In this document: positions 15,003-27,821 of the stretch, piece after piece
How the letters are laid out: each line of letters begins with the position of its first letter
How positions within the stretch are numbered: the first letter of the stretch is position 1
NCBI GenBank assembly: GCA_964016885.1
Contig: OZ024740.1
Coordinates: 149,358,001-149,422,000, forward strand
From: Eledone cirrhosa
Taxonomy: Eukaryota
Length of the DNA: 64,000 bases
Reading direction: 5' to 3'
Translations under genes and position numbers: made by a program
Notes under the pieces: model-generated
The model's database searches: none
Seen by the model: only the letters and a program-made list of their open reading frames with translations
Told to the model about the DNA's origin: nothing

Positions 15003-15337
15003 TTCAGCGAGAATCGTATTTCGGCTGGTAGAAAAAGCGACACGAAACGCAAAATCGTAGAAATGCTGGCAAGCGCTCAAATAGTTAAGAAAACTAGAAC
15101 TAAACAATATGTTAAAACGCCATACAAACTGAAAAAGTGGTCAAGAAGGCATTAACCACCTAAACCAAAAAACAAATCAAGCTAAACAGGTCAAACAAAA
15201 TAAATGATATATATATATTTATTTATTTAAAAAAGGATCTTTATAACAAGTACAAAAAGATTGATGTTTAGCGAAGCTTGCTTTCTCTTGCGTTTTCAAG
15301 TACATTTCTTGAGTCATTCTTTCGTTAAAAGTTCTGC

Positions 15338-15425
<88 letters not shown>

Positions 15426-15643
15426 GTATGTATGTATGTACACGTACATACATATATGTATACAGACGTACAGTAGTATGTATATATATACATACATGCA
15501 CACATATATATATGCACGTATCGGTTTACCGAATATTTATTATAATGCTCGGTTTGTTTGTTTGTAAACAAACAAACAGCCCGAATTACGCCGTACAGTG
15601 TTTAGGCAACCACGTCACCTTCTTATTCAACACTGACACAAGA

Positions 15644-15686
15644 ACGATGTACTAGTTTCAAGCTTATTAGCTATCGTCAGCATCGT
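15644..15686 (-). ncRNA. Minimal type I hammerhead ribozyme (unit 1)
   Basis: acgaug-CUGACGA-uAGCU(aaua)AGCUu-GAAA-CUAG-U-A/caucgu, with a 6-bp stem I and GUA triplet. Confidence 0.85.
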
Positions 15687-16079
15687 ATAGCTTCCTGCCA
15701 GATGGTTAAACGTCTGAAAGTATATACTTTCCTTATGTATATTAACGGCTGAGCAGCCTAATAGGCATATCGAATGAGTACAGTCGGCCGGGCACACCGA
15801 AAACGATAAATGGAATAGAATGAAACGAAATTTCATTTGTCACTTTTAGTACGGCACTTACTTAAATGTAAGTATGTATGTATACGTACATACATATATG
15901 TATACAGACGTACAGAAGTATGTATATATATACATACATGCACACATATATATGCACGTATCGGTTTACCGAACATTTATTATAATGCTCGGTTTGTTTG
16001 TTTGTAAACACACAGCCCGAATTACGCCGTACAGTGTTTAGGCAACCACGTCACCTTCTTGTTCAACACTGACACAGGA

Positions 16080-16122
16080 ACGATGTACTAGTTTCAAGCT
16101 GATTAGCTATCGTCAGCATCGT
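16080..16122 (-). ncRNA. Minimal type I hammerhead ribozyme (unit 2)
   Basis: Same as unit 1 except for one change in loop II (aauc). Confidence 0.85.
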
Positions 16123-16982
16123 ATACCTTCCTGCCAGATGGTTAAACGTCTGAAAGTATATACTTTCCTTATGCATATTAACGGCTGAGCAGCCTAATTT
16201 GCATATCGAGTGAGTTCAGTCGGCCGGGCACACCGAAAACGATAAATGGAATAGAATGAAACGAAATTTCATTTCTCACTCTTAGTACGGCACTTACTTA
16301 AATGTAAGTATGTATGTATGTATACGTACATACATATATGTCTACAGACGTACATACTCACTCGATATGCAACTTAGGCTGCATATATATATGTGTGCAT
16401 GTATCTATATATATACATACTCCTGTACGTCTGTATACATATATGTATGTACGTATACATACATACTTACATTTAAGTAAGTGCCGTACTAAGCGTGAGA
16501 AATGAAATTTCATTTCATTCTATTCCATTTATCGTTTTCGGTGTGCCTGGCCGACTGAACTCACTCGATATGCAAATTAGGCTGCTCAGCCGTTAATATG
16601 CATAAGGAAAGTATATACTTTCAGACGTTCAACCATCTGTGGCCGATAGCAAACTGTTGGAGTTGATTGAAGCTCTCACCAAAAAGGTAGAAGATTTGAC
16701 TGTACAACATAGAGAGCCTTCTCAACGTTTAAGGTACCGTTCGCCTCCGTCTGCTATTGCTCGAAACCGCTACGAGTACAGTTCGCCACCGTCTTCTGTC
16801 CCTCGCCAACACTTCACTTCAGGCAACAGTAATTATTCGATTTGTTGGTATCATGTTAACTTTAGCAGTCGGGCGCAGCGCTGTCGGGCGCCTTGCAACT
16901 ATAGGAGTTCGGAAAACGCCAATCAGAGCCACTAGGGGCGGCTAGTGAACTCTGGGAAACTCGACCAAACCGTCATCTTTTT

Positions 16983-19900
16983 GTGTACGATCTGCAATCA
17001 AAAAAAGTTTTTCTTGTCGACACTGGCGCGCCACTAAGTATTTGGCCAGTCAGTTATCTTAAAAAAAACCCATCTGAGTCAAATATCAATTTACAAGCAA
17101 TCAACAACACGGCCATTCGAACGTACGGGCAAATTTCGCTTCCTCTTCGGTTTAAAAATTTGCGTCGTGAATTGAAGTGGAAGTTTACTATCGCCGACTT
17201 GCCATACGCCATTTTGGGAGCGGATTTCCTCCACCATTTTTCCTTGTCGATTGACATCCGCAGACAACGACTTTTTGATGCTAATACAGGCCTATCGTTC
17301 GAGGGTTCAAAGCCGGAGATCGCCACAGTAAGCCCTGCTTTTTTCTTGGCTGAAGTGGGCAACCAGTATCACAGTTTGTTAAAATCATTCCAACAGCTGA
17401 TACAAGGAAGATTACGAATTGTTAGTCCGGATCATGTGATTGAACACTTTATATCCACTACAGGTCCACCCGTTTTCTCACGTCCTCGAAGATTATCTGC
17501 AGAGTTGAAAGCTGCACGTCTTGAATTTGACCACATGCTGGAATTAGGAATAATTCGGCGTTCCACAAGTCCTTGGGCATCGCCTCTGCATATGGTACTT
17601 AAATCTTCTGGTGATTGGAGACCAACGGGTGACTACCGACGCTTAAACGCGATTACTGTGCCTGATCGTTATCCAATCCCGCATTTACAGGATTTTGCAT
17701 CGTCATTGCAGGGTTGCAGAATCTTTTCTAAGCTTGATTTGATCCGCGCTTATAATCAACTTCCGGTTAAAAAGGAGGATATTCCAAAGACTGCTATTGC
17801 CACTCCTTTCGGATCATTCGAGTTCCTCACTATGCCTTTCGGACTTAGAAATGCTGCAAGTACTTTCCAACGATTCATGGATGATGTCACTCGTGGTCTC
17901 GATTTTGTTTACACGTATATCGATGATGTACTGATTGCTAGTTCTTCTCCTGACCAACATTCCAAACATCTGGATATCTTATTTCGGCGTTTACAGAAAT
18001 ATAATGTTCGTGTTAATGCCGCTAAGTGTGTTTTCGGCTCGACATCGCTAACATTTTTGGGCCATCTTATTGATGCTGATGGTATTCGGTCCCTTCCGGA
18101 AAAAGTTAAGGCAATTTTGGATTTGCCTCCGCCAAGTTCGCTTCGACAATTACGGCAATTCTTGGGCCTTGTGAATTTTTATAGGCGATTCGTGCCTAAT
18201 TGTTCCAGCTTACTGTCCTCGTTGACAGAAATTTTTAAAAACTGTCGACAGAAGAATATGAACATTTCATTAAATGCAACGCACCTGGCGGATTTTGAGA
18301 AAGTGAAGAAAGCGTTAGCGACTGCATCTTTGCTCGCCCACCCCATACCCAACGCCGAGCTGTCGCTCTGTGTTGATGCTTCGGATAGCAGAAGTGTGAG
18401 GGGTTACAGCAACCACTCGAGTTCTTTTCGAGAAAGTTAAAGCCTGCCGAAACTCGCTATAGCACCTTTGGCAGGGATCTATTAGCAATTTATTTATCAG
18501 TGAAACATTTTGCTCATGTACTTGAAGGTAGAATGTTCACTATTTTCACTGATCATAAACCTTTGACGTTTGCTCTTCGAACTAAAGCAGACAAATACTC
18601 GCCCAGAGAAACGAGACATCTGGACTTCATCTCACAGTTCACGAACGACATTCAACATATTCCGGGTTCTTTGAATACAGCGGCCGATGCGCTGTCTCGC
18701 CTGCCGATCGCATCGATTTCGTCTTCCGAGGAGATAGATTTACATCGAATGGCAGCTGCTCAACCCACTCTCGAATCGTTGGATGTTACATCGCCAGAGT
18801 TTGTACATTGCTAACTGAAATACATTCCTATCTCAACGGCTGACGGACAAATACTGTGTGATGTTTCGTTGGACTCACCACGACCTCTAGTCCCAGTGGA
18901 ACATCGACGAACTGTGTTTCTTGCTTTACATGGCATTTCTCACCCAGGAGTATCAGCCTCAGTAAAACTCATAACAGCCAGATATTTTTGGCCTGATATG
19001 AAACGTGACATTGCTGCTTGGTGCCGTTCCTGTGTCACTTGCCAAAAGTCAAAAGTTTATAAGCACGTTAAAACTCCTCTCGGAACTTTCACCTGTCCTG
19101 ATGCCAGATTTCATCACATTCATGTGGACATCGTCGGCCCGTGGCCGATTAGTCGTGGTTATTCGTATATTTTGACGATCGTTGACCGTTTTTCGCGTTG
19201 GTCTGAAGCCATCCCTATCACAGATATCACTGCTGAAACGACAGCGCGTACTCTCGTATCTGCATGGATCGCTTGTTTTGGAGTACCAACCACAATAACA
19301 ACAGACCGCGGTCGTCAATTTGAATCGAACCTCTTCCGTGAATTAACACAAATTATTGGCGCCACTCGCATAAGAACCACGGCATATCATCCAGCATCAA
19401 ACGGAATGGGGGAAAGATTCCACAGGCAACTCAAAGCCTCCTTAAGGGCTTCCATGGACTCTTCACGTTGGAGCGAGTACCTACCTATTGTGTTGTTGGG
19501 TATTCGGTCGACAGTAAAGGTGAACCTTGGGTTCTCCTCTGCCGAATTAGTTTATGGTACTCCTCTGGCGTTACCGGGGCAAATGCTGGCCCCTTTTGAC
19601 CTGACTTCGCAGGACCCCACTTCCTACGTTTCCCGGCTTCACTCTTATTTCAAGGATCTACCACCGATGGGCACTAGGAAGCAGACTGTAAAAACTGCCG
19701 TCCCAAGGGATATTGGCTTGTGGACACATGTGTTCGTTAGAGACGACGCCGTGCGACCCCCTCTTCGACGGCCGTACTCTGGACCCTATCGTGTGCTTGC
19801 TAACACAGACAAACATTTCACACTGGACATTCGGGGTTCCAGGCAAACGGTTTCCGTTGATCGTCTCAAACGAGCAAACCTGGACAATGACACAATGACA

Positions 19901-19984
19901 CTTGAAACTCAAATTCCCCCTTCTTTTTCTTTGCCACATTCGCTTATTTCTTTCCCCCCCCCCCCCCCCCCCCAATCAACATAG
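16983..19984 (+). pseudogene. pol: Gypsy pol (PR-RT-RH-INT), disrupted
   Basis: ORFs 16983-18440, 18500-18814 and 18869-19984 are consecutive pol segments. Confidence 0.9.
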
Positions 19985-20298
19985 AGAACTACGACCCGTC
20001 GGCAGTGTCAATATATGTTATTTTTCATAACATTACGACTGTTGTCAATTCTGACACAGTCCATTTTTTTTTTTAGTGCATTTTTATAGCTATGCTACAT
20101 GTGGCATTTTCAGTGCCTAGCAAAAAATTTATTTGTGTTTATCGCATTTGGGGCCCCTTTATTGCGAATAGTGTTACCTTTTCATGCATTTTGCATCTTT
20201 TGCTGTACATTTTTTTTACTGTGTTAATGCTTGCAGACATGAACCTTTTTCTTGCTGATTCAATAATCTGTATCGACTTCCGTCTAGAAGGGGGGTAT

Positions 20299-20678
20299 TG
20301 TAGTGACCTACATTCCGCGGGCTCACATACATTCTCTGTGCGTGATTTGGCTCAGCTCAGCCAATCAGCGCCAGCAGAAGAGGATGTATCCCTACGCGCC
20401 CTGGGAGAGAAATTACCCGCGAAGATTTGAAGAAAATCTCTTTCTCGCACCTGGGACTTCGAACCAGCAACACGTACATGTGACGGGGAGATTTTGCACC
20501 TTAACCTGCCGACTTTCCGGCGCAATGACACATTCCCCTTTTGTAACCTCATTTTTATGTGTAACTTCAACCATACAAGTTAACCAACATTATTTGTGCT
20601 ACAGCAAAAATAAACATACATTTCATCTCTAATTTCTGCTGTTGACATCATTATTATGTTACTCGTGTCTCAATAACA
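20299..20678 (+). repeat. Probable 3' LTR of the Gypsy element
   Basis: Begins TGTAGTG immediately after the PPT, contains AATAAA, and has a candidate end ...AATAACA. The end position is uncertain because no 5' LTR is available for comparison. Confidence 0.6.
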
Positions 20679-20829
20679 TTTAATTTACCATGCTGATTAT
20701 TTGGCGACCGGCTCTCCGTCAGTTCACTCACGAGTAAGTTTGTTAACCTTATTATATCTGTATCGAATTTAATTAGTGGTTGGCCTGCAGTGGCGTTTAC
20801 CAAAGTAAATAACCCTGTGACCAATTCTC

Positions 20830-20869
<40 letters not shown>

Positions 20870-21165
20870 CTATAAATTATGTTCATAGAATCATTTAATA
20901 AGGTATATACTCCATTTCCTCTCCCAATTAGCATAATCAACCACACAAAAAACCAATTAAACCAGGCTATAAGATTAAAAGGTACCTATGAAGAAATAAT
21001 CGATAAATAAACGACAGCCATCTATTCGCGGTCAACAGCTATAGAATATTTACCCAGCATTTCAATAGCACGTGGAACTTGACATTAAATATATCGTCAA
21101 CCATGCACAATTAGCTATAAAATTAAAGTTAGAAGAAAAAATGCATATACACATACCAGGATTAC

Positions 21166-21247
21166 GTTTCTACCGTTTAGGGTTTCGTTCGCTTTCGGAA
21201 ATATCCTATCAAGGATAAATTATCGAGCTTTGAACTCATCAAGAAAC
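21166..21247 (-). ncRNA. Type I hammerhead motif with U3 core variant
   Basis: guuuc-UUGAUGA-GUUC(long insert)GAAC-GAAA-CC(cuaaac)GG-U-A/gaaac. Confidence 0.6.
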
Positions 21248-21578
21248 AAACTCAATTGGACGAAAATTTTTCTTAAATGATCCCCGCCAGAAACGAATTC
21301 AAAATGGCTAAGAACTGTGACGTGGCAGTGGTCAAGTCAGAAAGAATGTGATTTGTGCCTTACGGCAAGTGGGCTGGTTACTAGAAAGCGCAGCCTAATA
21401 TTGCCTAAATTGCATCTCAAACTTATGGGAGCTTATCAAATATAAAGATTTACATATACACAAACTAGACAAAGTCATAGATATATATGTGTTTTTGGCA
21501 ACCATTCACGATGTGGCTCAATGATGAATTAATAAATTAAACAATCAGAGCAATATACTATAAATATATAATATATAC

Positions 21579-21662
<84 letters not shown>

Positions 21663-21828
21663 TCGTTTACATAGATACGTAGATACATATAGATGAATTT
21701 ATATATACAGAAACCCTCATTCATATATATGTATATACATATACGCCTATATTTTATTCAATAATTAAAATGTGTGCAGCTATATTTGTTCGCGTTAAGT
21801 TAACAGTCACATTATAAATACACTATAT

Positions 21829-21923
<95 letters not shown>
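21829..21923. repeat. (TAG)n microsatellite
   Basis: Seen directly. Confidence 0.95.
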
Positions 21924-22693
21924 TATTTGATACAAAAATGATATTAAAATTTTCCCTTATTTAGAAACTACTTTGATCATTAATATGCATTTCATTTTTT
22001 AAAACAACAAAAGAGCTAGTGTATCAGATGCCAAGAACAACTGTACAACATCATTTCTAAATATATATATATATAAGAAAGTTGGGCCAGACGGCTGAGC
22101 TCTTGCCATTTCGGCAGCTAATATATATATATATTAGTATTTCCGTATATACATATATGTATTTATGAATGTATGCTTGTCTGCAATCACTCATTTATAG
22201 ATTTGTATATGTTTTCCGATTTTTTTCTTCATTACTTAAAATTCTCAAACAAACTTCCGAGCAGAAAATAATATATTAGCCTCATTGGAATTCAGATAAA
22301 AGAAATAAAACCGACAGAATATTAGGCTGAATTTAGAAATGTCTTGCATCTATTAACTTTCTTTTATAAATTAATTTGTCTGGGGAAGGGTTAGTTAGTA
22401 AGTATGTGTACGTGTGTTTGGGTGAGTGCATGTTTGTGTATGTGCGTATATTTGTGTGTGTGTTTATGATTGTGTGTGTGTGTGTGTGTGAATAGATACA
22501 TTTGTTCATAATTTTGCGTATCAATACATATTTATATATATATATAGTTATACAAGTAAAAACATAACAAAAATTATAAGACTTTATTTAAGTTTTGAGA
22601 GAGGATATGAGTGCGTGTTTGTATGCATAGGAATGTATGCGTGAGTGTACACGTGAGAGATTGAGCTTCTCGGTATCCATGTATGTATGTATG

Positions 22694-22764
<71 letters not shown>

Positions 22765-22921
22765 ATACTTTGGGAGGGTCATGTTGCCAATAAGAAACAC
22801 ACGCACCAGTTGCTTTCACTTCATTTATTATATATTTATAAATTTATAAATTTACAAATCTACAAATTTATAAATTTCTGGTTGGTTGGTTGGTTCCACA
22901 ACCAGATAGTTGTTTATATAT

Positions 22922-22966
22922 AGTCATAGTCCTTTCGTCACACACTCTGTGACCTCTTCAGTGACT
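22922..22966 (-). ncRNA. Type I hammerhead ribozyme (left arm)
   Basis: Reverse complement of the 23100-23144 motif. Confidence 0.8.
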
Positions 22967-23099
22967 GGGGATTCCTTTCTTTGTTTCTGTGCCTTTCCTT
23001 TCTTCTGTCCTACGCCATTTTGTTTCTGAGACACACACAGAAACAAAATGGCGTAGGACAGAAGAAAGGAAAGGCACAGAAACAAAGAAAGGAATCCCC

Positions 23100-23144
23100 A
23101 GTCACTGAAGAGGTCACAGAGTGTGTGACGAAAGGACTATGACT
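23100..23144 (+). ncRNA. Type I hammerhead ribozyme (right arm)
   Basis: aguca-CUGAAGA-g-GUCAC(agagugu)GUGAC-GAAA-GGAC-U-A/ugacu. Confidence 0.8.
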
Positions 23145-23360
23145 ATATATAAACAACTATCTGGTTGTGGAACCAACCAACCAGAAATTTATAAATTTGT
23201 AGATTTATAAATTTATAAATTTATAAATATATAATAAATTGAAGTGAAAGCAACTGGTGCGTGTGTTTCTTATTGGCAACATGACCCTCCCAAAGTATAA
23301 CAATATCGGTTTCAACACACGATTTCAGATAAAGAATCTTGCTAAACAAATTCAGAAACG

Positions 23361-23419
<59 letters not shown>

Positions 23420-23620
23420 CTTTACACACATATGGATTTCAATAGATTCAAATAATCTATATGTCCATCTTTCATTTTTTTCTTCATTTTTATTTATATT
23501 TGGTGTACGGAAGGCTGTTTAAGATCAGGTGCCACTGAAGCTGCAGAAGTAAAAAAATTATTATTTTCCTTTAATGGAAGAAACTAACAATCGACTAAAT
23601 TGTATATTTTTTTACCACTT

Positions 23621-23783
<163 letters not shown>

Positions 23784-24129
23784 GTGATTGACCAATCATC
23801 ATACGTTTCTAATTTACAGCTGACACTTCACGGTTTTATTAATATATTTTACAGAATATTTTTATCCAAACTTATTTAAATTAATGATTCAACTTGTTAT
23901 AAGTGTTCATAAATCTTGTACTATTTAGAATTGCACATAATTAAATGCGTAATGAACATATAAGAACCTGGAAAGGAAGACATTTTTTAAGGTGAGAAAT
24001 GTATATATGTCTTCATGTACTCTAAAACCAATATATATGTGTGTGCGGGCGGTGTATACATATATATATACATACATACACACACACATATATATATGTA
24101 TATATATACAGTATATATATATATATATA

Positions 24130-24285
24130 TATAACGAAGGAATTGTGGTAAGGAACCAGATGGACCATGACGCACCAAAGTACTCAACACTTAGGGTAGT
24201 AGAGTGGGTAATAGGACTCGACTGAGTCCAGAAATAGCCGTCGAAACGGCTTGAGCTCTGCCGTCGGGGTCATACTTGTTCCTAT
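24130..24285. mobile_element. Rearranged fragment of the same PLE pseudo-LTR family as 27637-27825
   Basis: 24130-24218 is an inverted, diverged copy of 27738-27825. 24225-24285 carries the hammerhead 3' half GAAACGGC...GCCGUC/GGGGU. Confidence 0.7.
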
Positions 24286-24300
24286 ATATATATATATATA

Positions 24301-24880
24301 TAAAACATGAGAAGAAAGAATACTGCGTGGTTGCACATGGGTTACATATGATAAAAATAGTCCTTCGTCAGTGATTTTCCAACCATCATTGGTATTTCAT
24401 CGCTTTAAAAATCATATACCTCCGGTTGATGCGAGCAATAGCTAAATAAAGCTATTGGGACAAGTAAATCGCGTAAAGCGGGCGAGACAAGTAAACAAAC
24501 ATGGAAGGATTGATAGTAACGCAAAGATAGGAAAAAACAAGCAACATGGTTATCCGGTCAGCTTTAGCTGGGTGGATTTCATGAGCGAGATACAGACCAT
24601 CCGACGTGAGTGAGATGTAAGCAAGAAGAGAACCCACACAGGCCAAACGGGAGGAAGTGAGAAGGGGAGAAACAGAGAGTGAGTGAGTGGAAGTGGCCAG
24701 TCGAGAGAAAGTGTAACTGACAGAGGGGGCGAAAGAAGGTGAGAGAAACAGAGAAAGCGGGGAAGCAGTAAGAGAGAAACAGACAAACGCAGCCGAGATA
24801 AATATATATAAAAAACATGAGAAGAAAGAATACTGCGTGGTTGCACATGGGTTACATATGATAAAAATAGTCCTTCGTCA

Positions 24881-24884
<4 letters not shown>
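24301..24884 (+). repeat. ~72-bp direct repeat pair (about 24301-24373 and 24812-24884)
   Basis: aaaacatgagaagaaagaatactgcg...ccttcgtcagtgat occurs twice, with CTGACGA on the minus strand. Probably a PLE-type fragment. Confidence 0.7.
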
Positions 24885-24918
<34 letters not shown>

Positions 24919-24941
24919 AACCAGTAAGACCCCGACAGCTG

Positions 24942-26537
24942 ACCGATTTTGACCGTAAACCCTCCATCAGGCTTATTAACCCAACGAAGTCCGACATAGG
25001 GAGAATCAGCAAAAAAATCCTAGACCGCGTGATACCAAAAGTCAAGCAACACACCCGACTTAGCCTATGGATCAACACCCAGGAAGTAATCTCCTGGTTC
25101 AGCAATATGGAGGATAAACGAGAAACTAAATTCATACAGTTCGACATAGAGAGCTACTATGCTTCAATCACCTTACCGCTACTTACTGCCGCCTTGGACT
25201 TCGCCGAAACACTCGTGCCCATCACCGACCAGGAAAGAAAAATCATCCTCCACGCCAGGAAGACAGTCTTACTCTTTGACGACTCTAAATGGATAAAAAG
25301 AGCTCCCGACTCACCCTTCGACGTCAGCATGGGCGCCACGGATTCGGCGGAGGTCACTGATCTTATAGGATTATTCCTAATAGCCAAACTCACTGATATG
25401 TTTCCTGCATTCGGTGGTGGATTGTACCGTGATGATGGGCTCCTTACCCTTAAAGGGTACAACCCCAGTAGTACAGATCTGGTCCGGAAACAATTAATCA
25501 GATTCTTCCGCGACTGGGGATTTAAAATAACCCTACAAACGTCCCTGACCCGAGTAAACTTCCTGGACGTAACCCTCGACCTCGAAAATGACCTGTACTA
25601 CCCATACAGGAAACCTAATGACAATCTGCACTACATCCACCGCCGATCAAACCATCCTAGGAACATCACAAACAACCTGGTCAAAAACATCTCCCTCCGC
25701 ATATCCCGTTTGTCAGCTAATGAGCGGATATTCGATGAACATGCGCCTTATTACAACCAGGCCCTCAAGCGGAGTGGTTTCCGGGAGGAAATATCCTACT
25801 GTCCAGCTCCCATTAGCGGAACCAGCAGGAGACACCGCCGCTCACGCAATGTAACATGGTTCAATCCTCCCCACAACGCAGAGGTGACTACTCCCATCGG
25901 GAAACTATTCTTTAGGCTCATTGAAAAACACTTCCCATTACAACACCGCTACCACAACATAATTAACAAAAATACCATCAAACTCTCTTACAGCACTACA
26001 CCAAACTTCGCACAAAACATCGTCTCCTCTAACAACAAAAAACTCAACCCCGATGGCAGAAATAACCTAATTAGCAGTGGAGAACCGACCAGGAGGTGTA
26101 ACTGCCCGGATAGATCTATTTGCCCACTCGACAATAGATGCAGAGACCGTAATGTGATCTACCAGTGCAACGTGAGGACGGATACCTCCAACAAAGCCTA
26201 TATAGGACTTACCGCATGTGACTTCAAGACCCGGCTATACCAACATAGACATACCTTCCGAAACCCGGCCCGGCGTCACGCCACTACACTTTCGGGCCAC
26301 ATATGGGACCTCAAGGACAACAACATCACCTATGATCTCACTTGGAGATTACTGTCCAGAGCCAATTCTTACACGGGAGGACGCCGTCCGTGCAATTTAT
26401 GCTCGGAGGAAACTTTACAAATGCTGTTTTCGACGGACCAACTCCTAAACAAGAAAGATGAACTGGTTACTGCATGTAAACATAGATTGCGTAGGACTTA
26501 CCTCGCCCTCAAACCCCATAATGACCCGGGGGGGTAG
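24942..26537 (+). CDS. PLE reverse transcriptase/GIY-YIG endonuclease (uninterrupted, N-terminus missing)
   Basis: RLINPTKSDIGRISKKILD, QFDIESYY, VSMGATDSAEV, LYRDDGL, linker CNCPDRSICPLDNRC, NVIY...AYIG and CNLC..E. The track ORF is 25029-26537, but the frame is open from the 5' junction. Confidence 0.9.
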   Translation, partial: TDFDRKPSIRLINPTKSDIGRISKKILDRVIPKVKQHTRLSLWINTQEVISWFSNMEDKRETKFIQFDIESYYASITLPLLTAALDFAETLVPITDQERKIILHARKTVLLFDDSKWIKRAPDSPFDVSMGATDSAEVTDLIGLFLIAKLTDMFPAFGGGLYRDDGLLTLKGYNPSSTDLVRKQLIRFFRDWGFKITLQTSLTRVNFLDVTLDLENDLYYPYRKPNDNLHYIHRRSNHPRNITNNLVKNISLRISRLSANERIFDEHAPYYNQALKRSGFREEISYCPAPISGTSRRHRRSRNVTWFNPPHNAEVTTPIGKLFFRLIEKHFPLQHRYHNIINKNTIKLSYSTTPNFAQNIVSSNNKKLNPDGRNNLISSGEPTRRCNCPDRSICPLDNRCRDRNVIYQCNVRTDTSNKAYIGLTACDFKTRLYQHRHTFRNPARRHATTLSGHIWDLKDNNITYDLTWRLLSRANSYTGGRRPCNLCSEETLQMLFSTDQLLNKKDELVTACKHRLRRTYLALKPHNDPGG

Positions 26538-27636
26538 ACTAGGGCTATAACACCCCAGTTGCCGATTTTGCAATGGGTAACCCCTGCTTGCCAAGGAAAA
26601 CGTAAGATCTTCTTTGTATACTTTTATCGCTTCCTTTATTTCCCCCCCCCCTCTCTCCTTTGTCCTTCTACCCCAGCTCTTCTCTTTTGTCGGCGTCTTT
26701 TCTCGCCCACCCGAGGCTGCCCTTTGGCCCCATGTAGCCTTAGTACCCCCCCCCCCCTAGTCTTTGATAGATTTGGCCGACTCCGCCCTTTATAGCAGTT
26801 GGCTTAGACCCCGGATATTTTCCCCCTTTTTCCGACCGCTCCCACTTTTCTCTGTGCCCTCTATATTTCTTAGTGGCACATGCCTTATTTTTTCGTTTCA
26901 GTATTTCTTGCTTCGCTTTTCTTCTGGGCGGGGTGGATTCTGAATATATTTCTCCGTATTCTACCTTTATTTCGTACGAACTTTCATGTAGCTTGTTTTA
27001 GATCTTTTAGAGTTAGCATTAGTATATATTTTTCTCGGGACTCAGAATTATTATCTCGTACAAGTTCACTTTGCTGCACTGGGTCGTTGCTGGCCCGGGA
27101 TGGAAACCTTTATTGTTTATTTCGTGGTAGTCTCTTTAGTATTTTGGCCCCTTTTGTTGACCCGTCACCGTATCATTTACGTACTTATACCTCTTAAAAG
27201 GGTCCTTGCCTTATTCGTCCCACCTAGTTCTCTTACTTATTTCCTTATTTATTTATTTATTTATTTATTTACTTCTTTCTTTCTTTCTTTATTTTATTCT
27301 CGCCTAACAATAGCCTGACACCTAGGTCGTAGAATTTAATTTACTTTACTTTTTTCTTTACACTTATTTGCTTTTCTTCACTCTCAGTATTTTTTCTTTC
27401 CTATTTCTACCCCCCATTGTTCTACCTACCGTTCCGACTTCCTCCCCCTCCCCCTCCCCTGTATCTTCTTTGACCTCATGCCCAGCTGTAGCTGGCACTA
27501 CCAACGCTTGATTGGGTCTACTCCACCCCCTCCCCTCTTTCTCCTACTGGCAGGTTTAGCCACCATCTCCCCTACTAATTTGCAACCACAGAATTACTAC
27601 TGATTTTTGACAATCACTTTGACCATATATGGAATT

Positions 27637-27730
27637 ACCCCTTGAGAAGATCGGCTATTTAAATACCAGGATAAATTTTCATTTAGTCCAGAATTAGCCG
27701 TCGAAACGGCTTGAGCTCAGCTGTCGGGGT
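27637..27730 (+). ncRNA. Type I hammerhead (U3-A8 variant) in the PLE 3' pseudo-LTR
   Basis: acccc-UUGAGAA-gauCGGCUA...UAGCCGuc-GAAA-CGGCU(ugagcuc)AGCUG-U-C/ggggu, with GUC cleavage after 27725. Confidence 0.8.
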
Positions 27731-27821
27731 CTTACTGGTTCCTATTACCCACTCTACTACCTCAAGTATTGAGTACTTTGGTGCGTTATGGTCCACCTGG
27801 TTCCTTACCACATTTCCTTCG

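Larger units (their letters stand above)
15421..16639 (-). mobile_element. Tandem ~436-bp hammerhead-bearing repeat (retrozyme/PLE pseudo-LTR) with a terminal inverted partial copy
   Basis: Two near-identical units at about 15421-15866 and 15867-16303, the start of a third, then an inverted copy at about 16410-16639. Each full unit carries a hammerhead. Confidence 0.8.
16639..20678 (+). mobile_element. Ty3/Gypsy LTR retrotransposon, 5'-truncated and disabled
   Basis: Gag C-terminus with CWYH..F...A..C..PC (16639-16935). Pol has protease FLVDTGA, RT YIDD, RNase H and HHCC/DDE integrase (16983-19984), with a frameshift near 18390 and an in-frame TAA at 18812-18814. PPT AGAAGGGGGG at 20286-20295. 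Confidence 0.93.
22757..23306. mobile_element. ~270-bp-arm palindrome (inverted PLE pseudo-LTRs) with one hammerhead in each arm
   Basis: Arms at about 22757-23028 and 23038-23306 are near-perfect reverse complements around a 9-nt spacer, embedded in (AT)n. Confidence 0.85.

Noticed and set aside
15421-16640. CRISPR-like or satellite interpretation of the repeats
   Set aside because: Units are about 436 bp with no repeat-spacer pattern and no cas genes, in a eukaryotic context.
20702-20720. TGGCGACC as a primer-binding site, which would make 20299-20700 a 5' LTR of another element
   Set aside because: It lies about 23 nt from the likely CA end, no gag follows, and the upstream PPT identifies this as a 3' LTR.
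26559-27318. Phe/Leu-rich ORFs after the PLE ORF
   Set aside because: Pyrimidine-rich 3' non-coding region of the element, with no domain signal.
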